This document shows, piece by piece, positions 51,750 through 64,000 of a stretch of DNA of 64,000 nucleotides. This stretch comes from Raillietiella orientalis (Eukaryota). Made by a program: the position numbers and the translations under genes. Each line of letters opens with the position of its first letter. Position 1 is the stretch's first letter. The notes under the pieces were generated by a model, which had not been told where the DNA came from, ran no database searches, and worked only from the letters and a program-made list of their open reading frames with translations. The DNA lies in assembly GCA_036172245.1 (NCBI GenBank), contig JAYWIR010000010.1, positions 4,774,001 through 4,838,000 on the forward strand, written 5' to 3'.

Positions 51750-54700
51750 CGTTGCGGAACAGCGGAATGGTCGACACACCTCCTCGAACACACTTTCATG
51801 AACACATTCCAGAAGAATCTTCCAGAAGCTACAAAAAAAAAACGAAACATTGGGAACAAAAAAGCTCGAAGAAGGCGACTTCAAAGGGAAGAGGCGACTC
51901 TTGAGGAGGTGCTCCTTTCTTTGCTGTTCCCAAGAGCTCATTGGCGTTCCTCTTTTCTCGTTTCTCACATTCGCCCGCCTATCTTCAGGTATTTTTGAAG
52001 TGTTTCCTCTGAAACACATCTGTTCCGAACGTCACTGTGGACGATTTCATCCCTATTCCTCCTGCTATGGATGCAAACTGAAGGGTTCACACCACTTCTA
52101 TAATGTCTCAACACAGTCTCAGCACTGTGGGAGACTGTTTGCCTGTGAGAAATAGTAGCCTTCTAGAGAGTCTGGAGCCAACAGACCTCGAAGATGCAGA
52201 ACACAGTGGTTCTCAAGGGATGCTAGACAACTGCCAGAGGTTCCCGAGAACAATCAACAGAAGAGAGGTTTGGTAGCAAAATTCAGCATCAAGCAAGCCA
52301 ATGGCCACCACTTCAACGCCACCTATTCTTTTTTTTGTGGTCCCATTCTGCTCTGGAAGCTCCGAGAAACCACAGCGGGGATTGAACATGTGCTCAACAC
52401 TTGCCCAGAGTGTTGCTATTTCACATCGGATTGTTAATCTTTGTGGATTTTATATCAGACAGCTTTTCTTCGGAAATGGGAGGAGGGCTGGACAGCTGCA
52501 GGCTTGCATCAGTAATTTGAAAAACAAAAGCGAGGGAAAAAAAAAAATGTTCAAAAAGGATTTACCATCGCTACCTTTGCAAGACGAAGCCTTGGCTGGA
52601 CACAGCCGCCAGAGCAGGAAATGAGATATCATAGAAATGGAAAGCGCGGGAGAAATTTCTCTGATCGCCTAAGTCGCGCCGCCGATGAGCAGATCACACC
52701 ATGGGAAGTCGCTTCGGCAGGAATGGGACTTCCCGCTATGCCAGAATCTCGCGCCTCGACGGGATCCAGAGGAAATGGGGGCGTTTGTCGGGTGAGACAT
52801 TGAAGGGCCTCTTGCGCATGCTCCCAACTCACGCATAACTAGCAAGAAAGCAGCACCATCGGCGCTTCGCCATGGCTCGGAAACCGATAGGTTGCTGCTT
52901 TCCGATGATTCGCAATTGGCTAAAAGACCTCGTTGGAGCTGACCTCGAAAGGGCAGCAACAGAGTGCACAGGTGTCAGGGTACGAGGTTTGCACCTTGCT
53001 GGATGCCTTTTAGGTGGAAAGACCTCGAAGCGCAGTCGGGATGCGTTCCAATTTCATTTATGGATAGGGTTGCCAGATATAGCCCTTTGGAGTGCAGAAA
53101 GAAAGAACCAGAGATCCCATGCTGCTGCTGAGGCCGTTGCCGTTTGAGTTGAGACCAAGAACGTCCGCCGAAAGTATTTTTTTTTTTTGTGCTTTTTTTT
53201 GAAGCAAACACCAAGTGCCAGACTCTTCGAGCTGACCAATCGAAACTGAGGAGCGCACCAACAAGCCCGGAGAATAAAGGAAGTAAAAGCTGCCAATGGA
53301 TGTCCGATAGGACACGGCGTAAATCACGCACCCGTGACAGCCGATGACGAGGGACTCACGTGCATTTTATTTTTTGCGTCCTATCTCGAAATGTGGGTCA
53401 GGAACCCGACGGGGCAGTGACCAGCGGTGCGCTCTCAAACAAGTGGCACTGGGTCACTCCGCATCCCGTCCACCAGGAATGGAAGCAAACGAGAAATATC
53501 TCTCGTGGTCTCCTCCGGGAAGACGCGCCGCCCAACAGGAAGCGACACGAATCACTACTGTTCTCTCCGTCCCCGCTTCCGTAACCGTCGTTTATGGACT
53601 GGGGTCCCCCGGCGCTGACCACGCGGCGCGTGCGAGGTAAATAGAGACTTTCGCCCATCTCCCTGCAGCCTTAAGATCAAATCCTTTGGAAAGTGAGCCC
53701 TACGTTCCTAGCGTGCTCCGTGCGAAGATACTCCCCCTTCGTGCGCTTCCCTACATAATTCATGCTACTGATCTTGAGAAGCTGAAGCCGAAATTTCGCT
53801 CGCATGACTCGGCATACAAAAACCAAGCAGATAAATCGATTGAATTGAATCTGCGTCCAGGCGTGCGCTGCCTTTCCTCTCTTTTTTTCTTCTCCCCTGG
53901 CTTTTGGAAGAGAGTTATCGACATCGAGGACGCGGACGACGAGCTCACCGCCTAGCGACGGAGAGCAGCACGTCGGCTGTCGAAGCTCGGAGAGCGATTC
54001 CGGTATGCAACCTTCACTACAGGAGCGCCCCTTTCTTCCCCATACGCAAATGGGTTCCGGGTGCTCGTTCCGCGGAGTTTGCTGCCGCCTCTCCGTGGGG
54101 TCCGGAAGACTGTCCTGCGCCCCCGGTCTCGCTTGCTTGGTGAGGAATTTTGCCCGCGTCAGAGGCTTTGTGGTTAAGGCTTCCGCGTGTGACACCGTAT
54201 GTTGCGGGTTCGAATACTGCGGCAGAAACTGACGCCACTGCGTCGTTGGGTTCCGAGTTTCTCCTGCAATGGCGCTGGTTGGCCAAGACATTCAAGCGAA
54301 GCACCGGTGGTAGTTTAAGCCGGGAAGCCCATGAAGAAGGTCAGAACTCCAGAAGAGTGCAAGGAATCCCCCGGCGGGAAGCTACAGCGTCCCTTCTGAA
54401 TTTCGGAAGCGTCCCTTCGGGTTCTCTTCAGAGGAGTGAACAGGAGAGGTTCCCTTGCGGGTTTCCTCTGGAGAAGAAAGTCCTACTAGCGGATCTTTTC
54501 CGGTTTCCCTCCAGAGAAGATGAAACGAAGAGGACCACCCCCCTTCCGGGTTGCTCCCTCCGGAGAGAATGAGGAAGATGATTCCCTTCGGAGACAATCA
54601 GGGTGGAAGGTGCGATCCCCCCTGAAAGGGGGATCCCTCCCCAAGCGTAGTGGAACGAACTCCGAGCCTTCCTGGACTCATAGGGCGGAACCCAATCCCG

Positions 54701-54900
54701 GGGTGCCCCCTATCTTGAAGAATAGCACGCACCCTCCGCGGATGGCATGGAACAGTGTTAAAGAGCCACGTGCGCCGCGAGGCACGCGACCGGCTCTTGA
54801 GGTACTTAGCGTACCAAAAAAATGAAAACCTGAAAAACCTCGAAAAAAATGCTGAAAGAGAAAAATCAGCAAAGACAGAACCCAAAAGGACTTCCATCAT
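51750..54900 (-). mobile_element. Internally deleted Tx1-like LINE: 5' module, ORF1 start, RT and C-terminal CCHC
   Basis: Module starts ATGATGG at 54900. RT relics in order: SLPKARGE, NRFICL, NYVGKRT, FDLKA, AGGPQSI, GCGVTQCHL (~GVRQGCPL), IYA, SSKSLAL, GLYLA, LPFRGQ, RFWHSGKSH..IGG, FCSQC..KILLEC. Confidence 0.7.
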
Positions 54901-55346
54901 TATGGCTTCCCGAAGCAACTCATCCGTGGCCCGCGCTTTACGAAAAGAAGCGCAGACTGCGCCCACCCATGTCCGTTGCCTAGGGGTTCTGACGCAGGAG
55001 CAAGTCGCTTGGAATCCTTGTCCATCCCAGCGTCCTCTTTTCTTTCCTTCTCTTCTCTCTCAGGCAGATCGGATCGGTGCCTCTCCGCAGTAGCGGGGCG
55101 TGGATAGGGAGCGCGGCGAGACGTGAAAAGAGGTAGGGCCGTAACCTCGACCCTGCCTCTTTTGGCTGAGCATGGAGATCCTCGGAGATGATCCTCAGGT
55201 CAGCATCCTTCAGACGGGAATGTGAACCCTCCTCGGAACGGAATCTCCCGCTGCACGCCCCTGGACCCACGAGCTCCAGCAGGCTTCCTCCAGGTACTCT
55301 CAATGCCATCATCTCAAGCGCTCCTAACGAAGACGGGACGAAGTTT

Positions 55347-55503
55347 GCATTGGTGACGGCCATGTGGCTGAGGTCTCCGCGCGCAGCACCGCACGTCGTG
55401 GGTTCGAATCCTGTCTGGGGAAGGATCGATGCCGAGAAATAGGCGCGTCATAGGTTTCGAATCCTCTCCCGCAGGTTGGCCTCATAGGCTCCGGGTGCGG
55501 CGC
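55347..55503 (+). mobile_element. tRNA-derived SINE head
   Basis: A-box-like ggccatgtggctgagg; B-box GGTTCGAATCC at 55401-55411; homologous to 16171-16324. Confidence 0.7.
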
Positions 55504-55509
55504 TACGGG

Positions 55510-56068
55510 AGGCCGAAAGCCTCTGGATGCTCCTGTTCACTGTCCGAGATTGGAAGTCAACCCTTCAGGATCCTTGCAGCAACCAGGCAACTGATCCCCT
55601 TCCGAGTTCCCTCAGGCCGCCGTCCCTCAAGCACCGTGGACCTGGATGGTACCTCTCCAGAGTGTCAAGAGGTGCTCTGCTCCCTTCGCGGAGTGCCCTC
55701 CAGAGAAATCGGAAAGCGCCTCTTTAGGGTTCTCTTCAGGAGAGTAACAAAGAGCGGGTCCCCCGCGGCTCCCCTCAGGAAAAGGAATTTCAGGAGTGCA
55801 GATCCTTTCCTGGCTCCCTTAGGAGAGGAAATGAGGAGCGGCCCGGGAGCGGGAATCCCTTCAGAGAGAAGGAGGAAGAGGTTCGGGGTCCCTCTTCCAA
55901 TCGTAAGGGGGATTCCTTCTCCCGGAGCCTTCCTGGATTCACAGGGTGATCCTTCGGGGGAACCCCCCAACTTGGAGAGTTACACGCACCCTTGGGTGGC
56001 GTGGACAGGAGCATCGTTAAAGAGCCTCTAGTGTTTTCGGCACTCAGCGGACCAAAAGGAAAAAAGGA
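55510..56068 (-). mobile_element. Tx1-family 5' module and ORF1 start, carried antisense inside the SINE-headed unit
   Basis: 55525-55600 aligns with 42350-42428; 55632-56031 aligns with 46128-46525. Confidence 0.75.
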
Positions 56069-56499
56069 AACGAAGACGGGACGAAGCTTGCAGGGTGGCA
56101 TTGGCAAGCGAGGAGGCCGTCCCCACGGGACACGTGAAAGGGATTCTCCGCTATCGACTCTCAGATTGACCCTCTGAAGGAAGTATATCGAAAGTTGAAC
56201 TCGACTCGATGGAATGAGATGGTGATGATAACGAGATATGCGGACACACCGCTTCTGACCATCGGGCTGCATGAGCGCCGCTCCCACCGTCTTAAAGACG
56301 GTGGGAGCTGCGCTCCATGATGAGACCACCGTCTCTTCCCTGCCACTTGGAGGTCAGAGCATGAGGGCGAGAATCGTTACGGTGCGTTGATCTTGAGGTG
56401 ACGATTCCGGAAGGAATCAAAGACCTCAGTGCTGTTCGTTTGCTGATCCCATGGCGGCGAGCCGGATGTCGGGGCAGTCGGGCTCCATGCGAGTCCTTC

Positions 56500-58700
56500 G
56501 TCATTCCGAGTGCTGCTCGCGAGAGGTTAGCGACGCTTGGAGAGCGCGGCAAAAATTTAGGGGTGCGCGTTGAGAATCCGGAAGGATGGATGCCGGTAGG
56601 ATTCCCCTGCTGCAAAGCAACAGTTCCGGGAATAATCAGGGAGAAAGCTGGAATTCTTGGCCGAAACCACGGCTTATTTCCCAGTCGTCAAGCTCCTATT
56701 CTTCGCAGCAGCTCTCTTAGGAGGAGGCCTGTGAAAGACCGCTTTCTCTTGTAGCTCGTTCCTCGATGGCGTCAGCACTTGAAAGATGGCTACGTAAGGA
56801 ACCAAAGCTTCGAAAGTGGCGATTTTTTGCAGCTCTTTCTCTCGTTCCTAAAGAAAGTTCCTTGTTTTCGAGAACTTTCCGGAAGGAAGCGCAGGACATC
56901 TTTCTTCGCTAGCATCCCCGTGGTTTTCGTCCGACGCCCGTATGGTGAGTGGAACTTTTTAGCTCCCAATTCAGGATTGACCGAGACAGATTCTCCTTCA
57001 AAAAGTTTCCTTCCTTACACGAGCCAAGTCGATCTGGAACAGCGGGATGATCCCTTGCGCCCTCGCCTCTCCCTCCCTCAGGACTTCCTCCAGCCAGTCA
57101 TGAACTTGGGTCACCGTCAAGAGGACACAGGAAGCGTGCGACCTCGTCATCAACTTCCTCTCCGGAGCAAGACAGAATTTCCGCATCCCGGCAGCAGCTA
57201 CCTTTGCCTGCGGGACTCCGGTCACGACGGGAGGACCTTCGGCAGATGCCGAACGAAAAGCGAGAATCCGCAACAGCAACGACGCAGAGAACGTGAAAGC
57301 GCCTTGCGTCTTATTTGTGTCGGCGCCCTTTGCCTTTAGAGGTGTGATCCCTGCCACAAAAGCCAGCAACTTAGGGTCGACTGACCGGGTTCAAAGACTG
57401 TTGTCATGGTGCCCTCTTCCACACGAGACCTCCAGGTTGCTATTGCCACCAAGATCTTCGCCGACGGTGGCTTCAGGCGAGCTCGCGCTTCTACATGCAC
57501 TGTCACAACCCTCCTACTCTCCGGAATCTGAGGAAACTGCTGTCCTCCAGAACGCGTCCGGAAGGCAGTGATGGCTCTGTGTCGGCGTTTGGGATCGACG
57601 CTTGAGCGCCATCCATATTCAGGGCCGGTTGCTTCGGCAGGTGAGTCGTTGCCGACGCTCGTTAGCCGATACCGACTTCCATGGCCACTGTCCTGCTGTC
57701 CATGGAAACCAACACCTTTCGTGCGATCTGGTGGGCGTCGCATCGGATACCGTAACCCGATGTTTGGTTCAACCCACAGCACCAGTTCTGCTCACCAAAA
57801 TGGGTCCACTGGACACTCATGGATCCGATAGTCCGAGCTTCAACTTTCAGGCAAGCCTGACTTCTCACCCATTCCAAGCTTGAGAATAGGATGAGGTCAT
57901 TTCGGTCCCAAGGCCTCGGATCATTTGATATACTATATGAGACTTCGTTCCTTTTCCTCTTCAGCGAGAGCCAGCTATCCTGAGGGAAACTTCGGAGAGA
58001 ACAGTCGGCGGTCCCAAGCCAAAGAAAAATACGTGGACGCTGAGGGGGGAGGCATTTTCGAGACAGGCACGCGGAATCCAGACCGCTTCCTGGTTCCGCT
58101 AGTACCAGGCAAGAGCTACGAGGTTCTTGGAAGGTTTGACCTGAAAGACGTTCTCCTGCCATGACACTCGTAGGTCTTGGCCGACCGCCCCCACCCTGCT
58201 CCTGCTCTATGGGAGAGCTCCGAACCACGCAGGGAGATGCACGCCACTGGCACCCTTCGTGTTCCTTCCTGCATGAGTCGGGGGCAGGAAACCGCATCTC
58301 GGGGTCCGGTGCTCCGTGAGCAGGCTCTATGGCTCTGCTGCGGACTCGATCGCTATGATCCCCTCAACGTCCCGGGAGCTGCACCAGGCGGCTGGATCTC
58401 TCCTGCCCCGCCCATAGGTTCTGGCGCTTCCGTTCCGCCGGCGTCGCGACGATCCCCTCGATCCCTCCTGTCGGCTCCGTGGCGCGCATTCGTCAGCCCC
58501 GCGCGGTCGCGGGGAGCGCGCCCGGGAAAGTCCCTTGTTCCCGCGAACAGGAACGTTCCGTTTGGGAACCGCGGAAGAGCCTTTTCGAAGATGGAAGACA
58601 GCAACCCCCCTCCTCCTTGGCCAACCGTAAAGGAGGCTGGAGGAACGGTTTGTGAGGCTCCCGGCGTTTAAGGCGGAGGAGTTCGCGCGAAACGGCGGCT
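56500..58700 (+). mobile_element. Decayed L1/Tx1-like RT and C-terminal region
   Basis: ccggaaggatggatgccggtaggattc (~PG.DG.P.EF, 56578), KEPKLRKWRF (~L.NWRP), LEQRDDPLRPRL (~QGDPLSP.L, 57035), IHIQGR (~LS..GR, 57611). Confidence 0.4.
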
Positions 58701-59969
58701 GTGAGGCGTGCAAGAAAACGGAGGAACCACAGTCCCTCACCTTCAAGGTGCGGAAGAGCCCTGCGAGGGCTCTTTCAAATTGACATCGAACTTTTGCTAC
58801 GATCCTGTGCTCCATTCCCGATCCTTCCTATATAATTGGTTTGTTCCAGATGTTGTGGATGCAATTTTGCTTGGCAAAAAAAAACAACTCTTTTGGTGGA
58901 AATGCCCGCTTGTATGTCATTTTCCTTTTCGTAGCGATGATTATCCAAGGAAGAGTGGATGAGGGGGTAAAAAAAAATTAATAAAAGAAGACCAGCCGTG
59001 ACCCTTTCTAAACGAGTTTAAAATTCAAGAAATTGGCATCCTTTGTATCTGAAAAATTGTGACCTAAGGCGCGTTCCCTAAACGGACTGCGTCCCGAACT
59101 GCGTTTGAGAACACATGCGCGGCTCATGGCGCCAGGAGCTTTCCCCATGACTGGTCTGGAGGCTTGCTCCCGATCTTCTCTCCCCGATTGGGCTGGACGG
59201 ATTTGAGCATGGGATGTTAGAGGCAAAGGTCAGCCGAATGCAGTCGTGAGGGTCGCCGCACTTCAGCAGCTGCACACTTCCCTATGAAGACCCTAGAGGC
59301 TGAGGGCTCTTGGGCGAGCGACGAAAGCAGAGACCGACAACAGAGGCGACGGTCCCTTCCACGTGCCGGTCATGCGAAAGTCCCGCGGGTCGCCGACCGA
59401 CTGCTCGCTGATTTGTCCGGCGAGCGGGCAGCTGCATCAAGAAGTCATTGGCGACTGCCACGAAGGCTCAGTTAGGAGGAGGGACACGACCGACGGCAGC
59501 ACACGGACGCGCAGCGCGGAGCCATGCGGAACGTTTACCAAGTGCTGAGACGGAGAGACTTTTCGAGGTGGGAGTTTGTATGGGAGGCAGCGAGTGCCGC
59601 CGTGACGGCTTCTGGCGAGAGAGGAAGCGCGCCTCGCAGGTGTGGATCGCATGGACTTCTTGCCCCTCCCTCCCACCTTCCTTTCTTGCGCGCGCGTTGC
59701 AAATAAGACCCCATCCGAGCAAGCTGCATCGTTCGATCTGTAGTCACGTCCGGCTCTTCGCAAGGAAAACCCATCACCGACCCGAGCTTCGTGGATGTGA
59801 ACTTGGGACCTCTCCCCGCCCTACCCTTGCGCACTGCTATGTGTTGGGAAAAGGAAAAGGAAGGTTACTGCAGCATCCTTAAGTGCTGAGTTCATCTCGC
59901 GACGACTCCGTGCCAACCTGCCCTAGGCAGGATCTCGCGTGAGATGCACTTCATTATCCATAAAACCTA

Positions 59970-61050
59970 TGGATGCTGGAGCAAGCTAAAGGCAGGCAAC
60001 CGACTGACTCTAGGAGGTTATGTGGCCAAGAGAAGTGTCCTCGAAATTGCAACAGACATCTGACTCAGCAAGCACTGAAGCAACTGCTCAGTGATGGGGC
60101 TGCGTCAAGTCCCAGTGAGATTCCATTGTTTCAGATACTGCTAGAAGTAGCTGGTATCCTTAGGGTGAGTCCTACGTGGAAGGATTCATTCGCTCCGTTT
60201 TCTGCCGCCAGGAAGCCTATAGTTGTTAGCCGTGAGATCCCTATTTGCAGTCAGGGGAGGTACAGCTATTGGCTAGGTTTCGCGTCCATGAGATCGTACA
60301 TTCCCCATGCAATTCTCGGTCGCCAAGAGCTCTCGGATTTCGCAAAGCAACTGGCTTTGAAGAGAACTAATCATGGCTTCGTCACCATCATTATTGCGAT
60401 GTCACTGAGATAATGACGCGTACCTCGTCAACCGTTGGAACAGATGAGGTAGCTGAAATCGAACAATCATCAGATGCAAACCTGTGGTGAATAGAGGGAC
60501 AAAGGATGCTAACAGCGTTCGAGAGTTCGGAAGTATTGGTCTTCGGATGCCGAAGACGAATACTTTCCATCAAAAGAGGGAGATGGAAATTTGCAGAGAC
60601 CACAGGAGCTTATTCGTGGACAGAAGACTGAGAGAATGAAAGCACGGAACCGATTTGGAAACCCGTCTTCTTTTCGAGTAAAGAGTGATGAGGGACAATT
60701 GAGTTGAGATCAGATTTTCCAAACCGAGGACAAAAGCGTGCTTTGCAGGCACATCCCGATGCTAAGAGACTAAGGACTTGACGTCTTTCCTTGCACTTTT
60801 CTCGAAGCTTTAGACAAAAATGACAAGATCCAGAGGAGGATGGAAGCTTTCCAATGGAAGCTTTGGACAGATTAGCAGATTCGTTCATTTTCCGGAGCGC
60901 TTTCTGCTCACAAGGCACTCTCTATCGTCAGGAAGCATAGACAATATAATTAAAGTAAGGTCTAGGAGTAACCGAATGTGTGTACTTCGAATCGCTCGAG
61001 TGATTTGGAAGCGTTGGCAATACAATATGAACGATTGTTTCCCTTGGGGA
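59970..61050 (+). mobile_element. Ty3/Gypsy LTR-retrotransposon pol relic (RT thumb/connection and RNase H)
   Basis: YSYWLGFASMRSYIPH (~rsFLG..y.r.fIP), SSEVLVF, TTGAY, WKPVFFSSK (~PvafaSk, 60656), FQTEDK (~EkE), IRSFSG..KALS (~ADaLSR). No LTRs seen. Confidence 0.6.
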
Positions 61051-61935
61051 ATCTAAAATCGGCTCGTTTCTGTACCATGATAATGGAATGAATGCAATAT
61101 GAATCAGATGACCCCAACTATTATTGAATAGAGCAGCGGTTTGCTGATAACGTGAAAATAAAAGAGGATATCCATCTCCATTATTAGCCCTGTAGGCAAG
61201 GCTGGCCACACTTTCCTATAACCTAAAGAAACGCGCCTTTTGTAGCTGCAAATATCCTCATCACATTGGCATAACTGATGGGATCAATAGAATGTATCTA
61301 AAAATAGAAACCCATCTCCAGTATCCCGGAAACAAAAAAGGTGCTTTATTATAAGATTTTCTAGATGGATCTCATGCTACATGATTGTAGCCACATAACA
61401 GAAATATAATCTTGAGGAAAGTTAAGCGAATGGCTCTAGAACTCTTTCTTTTTGGAGTCCAAAAGGATCATTCTAGATGTGAGCTACCGAGACTCCGCAC
61501 TCTGCAACCACTGTATTCTTTTCCTTCGTTGCGCTTTTTAATAAGCATAGCCCTGTGCATATAGTTCCACAGAGTTCACCCTTTGCTGCAGTAATGCATT
61601 TTTCACTTTCTCTAGAACTTGAAGATTGCATTTCGAGAAGGAGAAAATCTCTAAGAGGTTATACAATGCATCACTTTCATAGGAAGCTCCTCTCTGATTT
61701 TAATACGCTCTTCTTACTTATTTGATTCCTCAGAACACAGAGACATCCTATCCAAATCTTAATGTCCCATCCACGGAATGGTTATTCCCATCACCAAAAA
61801 TGGCACTTGAATCTTCTGGTGAATAGCAAACAAAAATCTCTGACGTGGGAGTGCTTGGAAGATTTCCTTCTGGCTTCTCTGTTTATATGTAAGAAGCAGA
61901 AAAGAAGGAGGCATAGCAAAAAACGAAAAGGAAAG

Positions 61936-61991
61936 ATTACGAATAGTTACGAATAGTTTTCGAACGAAAACTATTCGTAACTATTCGTAAT
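61936..61991. repeat. Perfect 56-bp hairpin with internal 10-bp tandem units
   Basis: attacgaatagttacgaatagttttcg-aa-cgaaaactattcgtaactattcgtaat: perfect 27-bp arms. Confidence 0.95.
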
Positions 61992-63164
61992 AGTTAGTTT
62001 GGGATGAAATTTCTCAACCAACTCGGATCCGCACCTTCAAAGAAATGCAGAGTTTTTTTTTTTTTTTCTTTTTGGTTCTCATAGTTTCCCAAACGACCTT
62101 CGTTGGAGAAATCCAGGCAGCAAGACCACCGTTACCATTTGAAGTAGAGAGCTTCGAGGCGTCCTGGATTCTGCTTCGTACCATTGGGTTTCGGATCTCC
62201 CTTGTAGCGAAAAGTCGGTGAGTGGCAGCTAACTAAACATGCGGAACACCTTTCAAGAGGAGAAGGTATCACCTTCCCTCTATTCGAACTTGTGCTCCAG
62301 GAACACCTATCCAGTCGAATGCAATCTCAGTTTCCGTAAGCAAAGACGTGGACGTTTCGCTTGTGGCAGTGTTTCTTGCTACCGTTCTCAATTCCATAGA
62401 GAAAGTGTACACACACTCGCGTGTGCCCATGTGTGCGCGCATTCATATTCTCAGCAAATGGGGCTGTAATGCTGGGAATCCCCCCGTGCATCATAAACAC
62501 GGAATGCGTTCAAATTTTTGCGTAAGAGGGATGCTTTGCAAAGCAGCGTGTATTGATCTGCAAAGAACCATTTACGCCCCTCAGTACTTTTTAATAGCTA
62601 AACGGAAAAGGGCAGATTTTCGAAGGACAGGTTGTCCCTACACTGATGACCTGTTACGATGCTCTGGATATTTTCCGCTTAGAAATACAATAAGCAGCAT
62701 CTGAGGGCTGCAGGATGAGATCTGGTGTACTCTTGTTCCTTGTGAGGTTTTTGCAACAGTCTTCAGCATCCCTGTCCCTAACTATTCGGATGCGATGATC
62801 GATTTTCGAAGTTATAGCAACGAGAGAAAAAAGAAAAAGCTTTCAGAGCCAGCCTACCGCTTATTATCTAAAAGCCTGTCACAGATTCATTTCTTGTTTC
62901 CTCTACGGGATGAAAAATGCAAATATCCCGTGAAATACGATGAGGAAACAACGCGAAGGATTCCATGAAATCTCTTCTGACCTCTGAGAGATGAACTCAG
63001 TCCTCAGAAATGTGCTCTTTGCTTTGAGGAATACAAGATGCTGCGTTTAGCGGAACGTTGAAAAGTTTCCAGCTGATGCGCAGAGCATCACCTCACACAA
63101 CGGGAGATTACGGCAGATACGACTGAGGACTGCTGAGGTAGCCGCTGCTGTCGACGGCGTTTTT

Positions 63165-64000
63165 ATTTGCACGGTTGTTTCGGATTCTGCATTCGTCTTT
63201 TCTCATCCCGTCCTGCAGAGCGAGGGAGAGTCCTGCGCGCGCCATCGTGCTGGAGTCGCGGACTGTGGTGCGCACAGGCCAAGAGCCCTCCCTCGCTTTC
63301 GTCTTCCAGCATGCATCTCCTGGCAGACTCGTGCAGTTTCGAAAGGATTCACTTCTAGCACGTATTACGCGGAGGAAGTTCTTCCTTCATGCTCTCCTCC
63401 TTCGCTCTCAATCCAGTTTCATGTTGGAGGAACTCCAGTTCCACCCTTCCTGCTCTCGAGGCAGCAGCAAACTATTTACCCTCTCACCCCCTCCTTTTGA
63501 TCTTAGCCAAAAGGCCAAGTAAGAGAAAAGCTCACTGGACCGCCCTCTTGCCTTCCAGTGCGTCACTACTGGGAATTTACGCTGTTGATATCGTTTCTAC
63601 TGGTAAGTCTGCTTTTGCAAGACTCGATTCCTTCTTTTGGCGTAATGATACGATCTACTTTTTTCCCATTGATGACGAAATCCATCCGTTGAAAATCCAA
63701 GTGCACCGCTCCATCAGAATGCGCGAATTTGCTGTCTTTTGCAACTCTTAGTCTGCTGAATCGAAAATTCTGCGGATCTTAAGCCTGCGATGAAGCTACG
63801 GGATCCTCGTTTGCCTATGCCATAACATCGTCCTCAATTGAGACCTGACAGTTAATTACCACAGAAATCACTAGTAACTTGATAACTGTGCCTTCTATGC
63901 GATTTTTCTTTGGTTTAACATACGGTAAAAGGACAGGAGAATCACTGGTTCCAATGATCACTTCTTTAACTTTTTCATCTTTGACCATCGCTCTGATTCC
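63165..64000 (-). mobile_element. CR1/L2-like LINE 3' portion (runs off the window)
   Basis: IRRIFDSAD*ELQKT..MERCTW (~IrR.F..d.e...LEYc..vW), RAVQ, ERVNSLLLP/LESR (~eRL..l..Le.RR), TSLP, ending at aaataaaaa on the minus strand. Confidence 0.5.

Larger units (their letters stand above)
54905..56330 (-). mobile_element. APE endonuclease relic split by the 55350-56068 insertion
   Basis: LSIYFLQRVNL (~FLQETH) at ~56163-56195 lies on one side of the insert. MALRVPGGSLLELVGPGA, RIISEDLHA (~GDFN) and IPSD lie on the other side. Confidence 0.5.

Noticed and set aside
53686..53955. 89-aa plus-strand ORF with natural-looking composition
   Set aside because: It is antisense to the Tx1 RT relic.
14465..56330. 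Bidirectional piRNA-cluster pattern centred on the 26-33 kb GC-rich zone
   Set aside because: Orientation does not flip cleanly (plus-strand element at 32.8-34.2 kb, minus-strand elements at 8-14 kb), and much of the GC-rich zone is itself TE-derived.
1..64000. CRISPR array, prokaryotic operon or defence system
   Set aside because: No regularly spaced repeat-spacer array, no dense coding, and no intact long genes. The content is eukaryotic repeat DNA.

Overview
This is a eukaryotic, probably animal, genomic window. I found no intact, recognisable host gene, no prokaryotic operon, no CRISPR array and no rRNA or tRNA gene. Most of it is a graveyard of heavily decayed retrotransposons, recognised by eye from ordered but eroded protein motifs with many stops and frameshifts. 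These include about a dozen L1/Tx1-like LINE fragments (ORF1 with CCHC knuckles, APE endonuclease, RT, C-terminal CCHC), three CR1/L2-like RT fragments, one Ty3/Gypsy RT-RNase H fragment and two copies of a tRNA-derived SINE. A ~0.5 kb repeat occurs six times and appears to be the 5' end of one Tx1-like family. The most notable structure is a 719-bp chimeric unit (SINE head fused to antisense LINE 5' end, A-rich tail) flanked by a 24-bp direct repeat and splitting an endonuclease relic. Other points of interest are a conserved Met-Met plus Phe-rich hydrophobic start on that LINE family, an exact 37-bp templated duplication, and two long palindromes. Most long ORFs in the supplied track are GC-rich or antisense shadows. 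Element boundaries are approximate and family calls have not been checked against any database.
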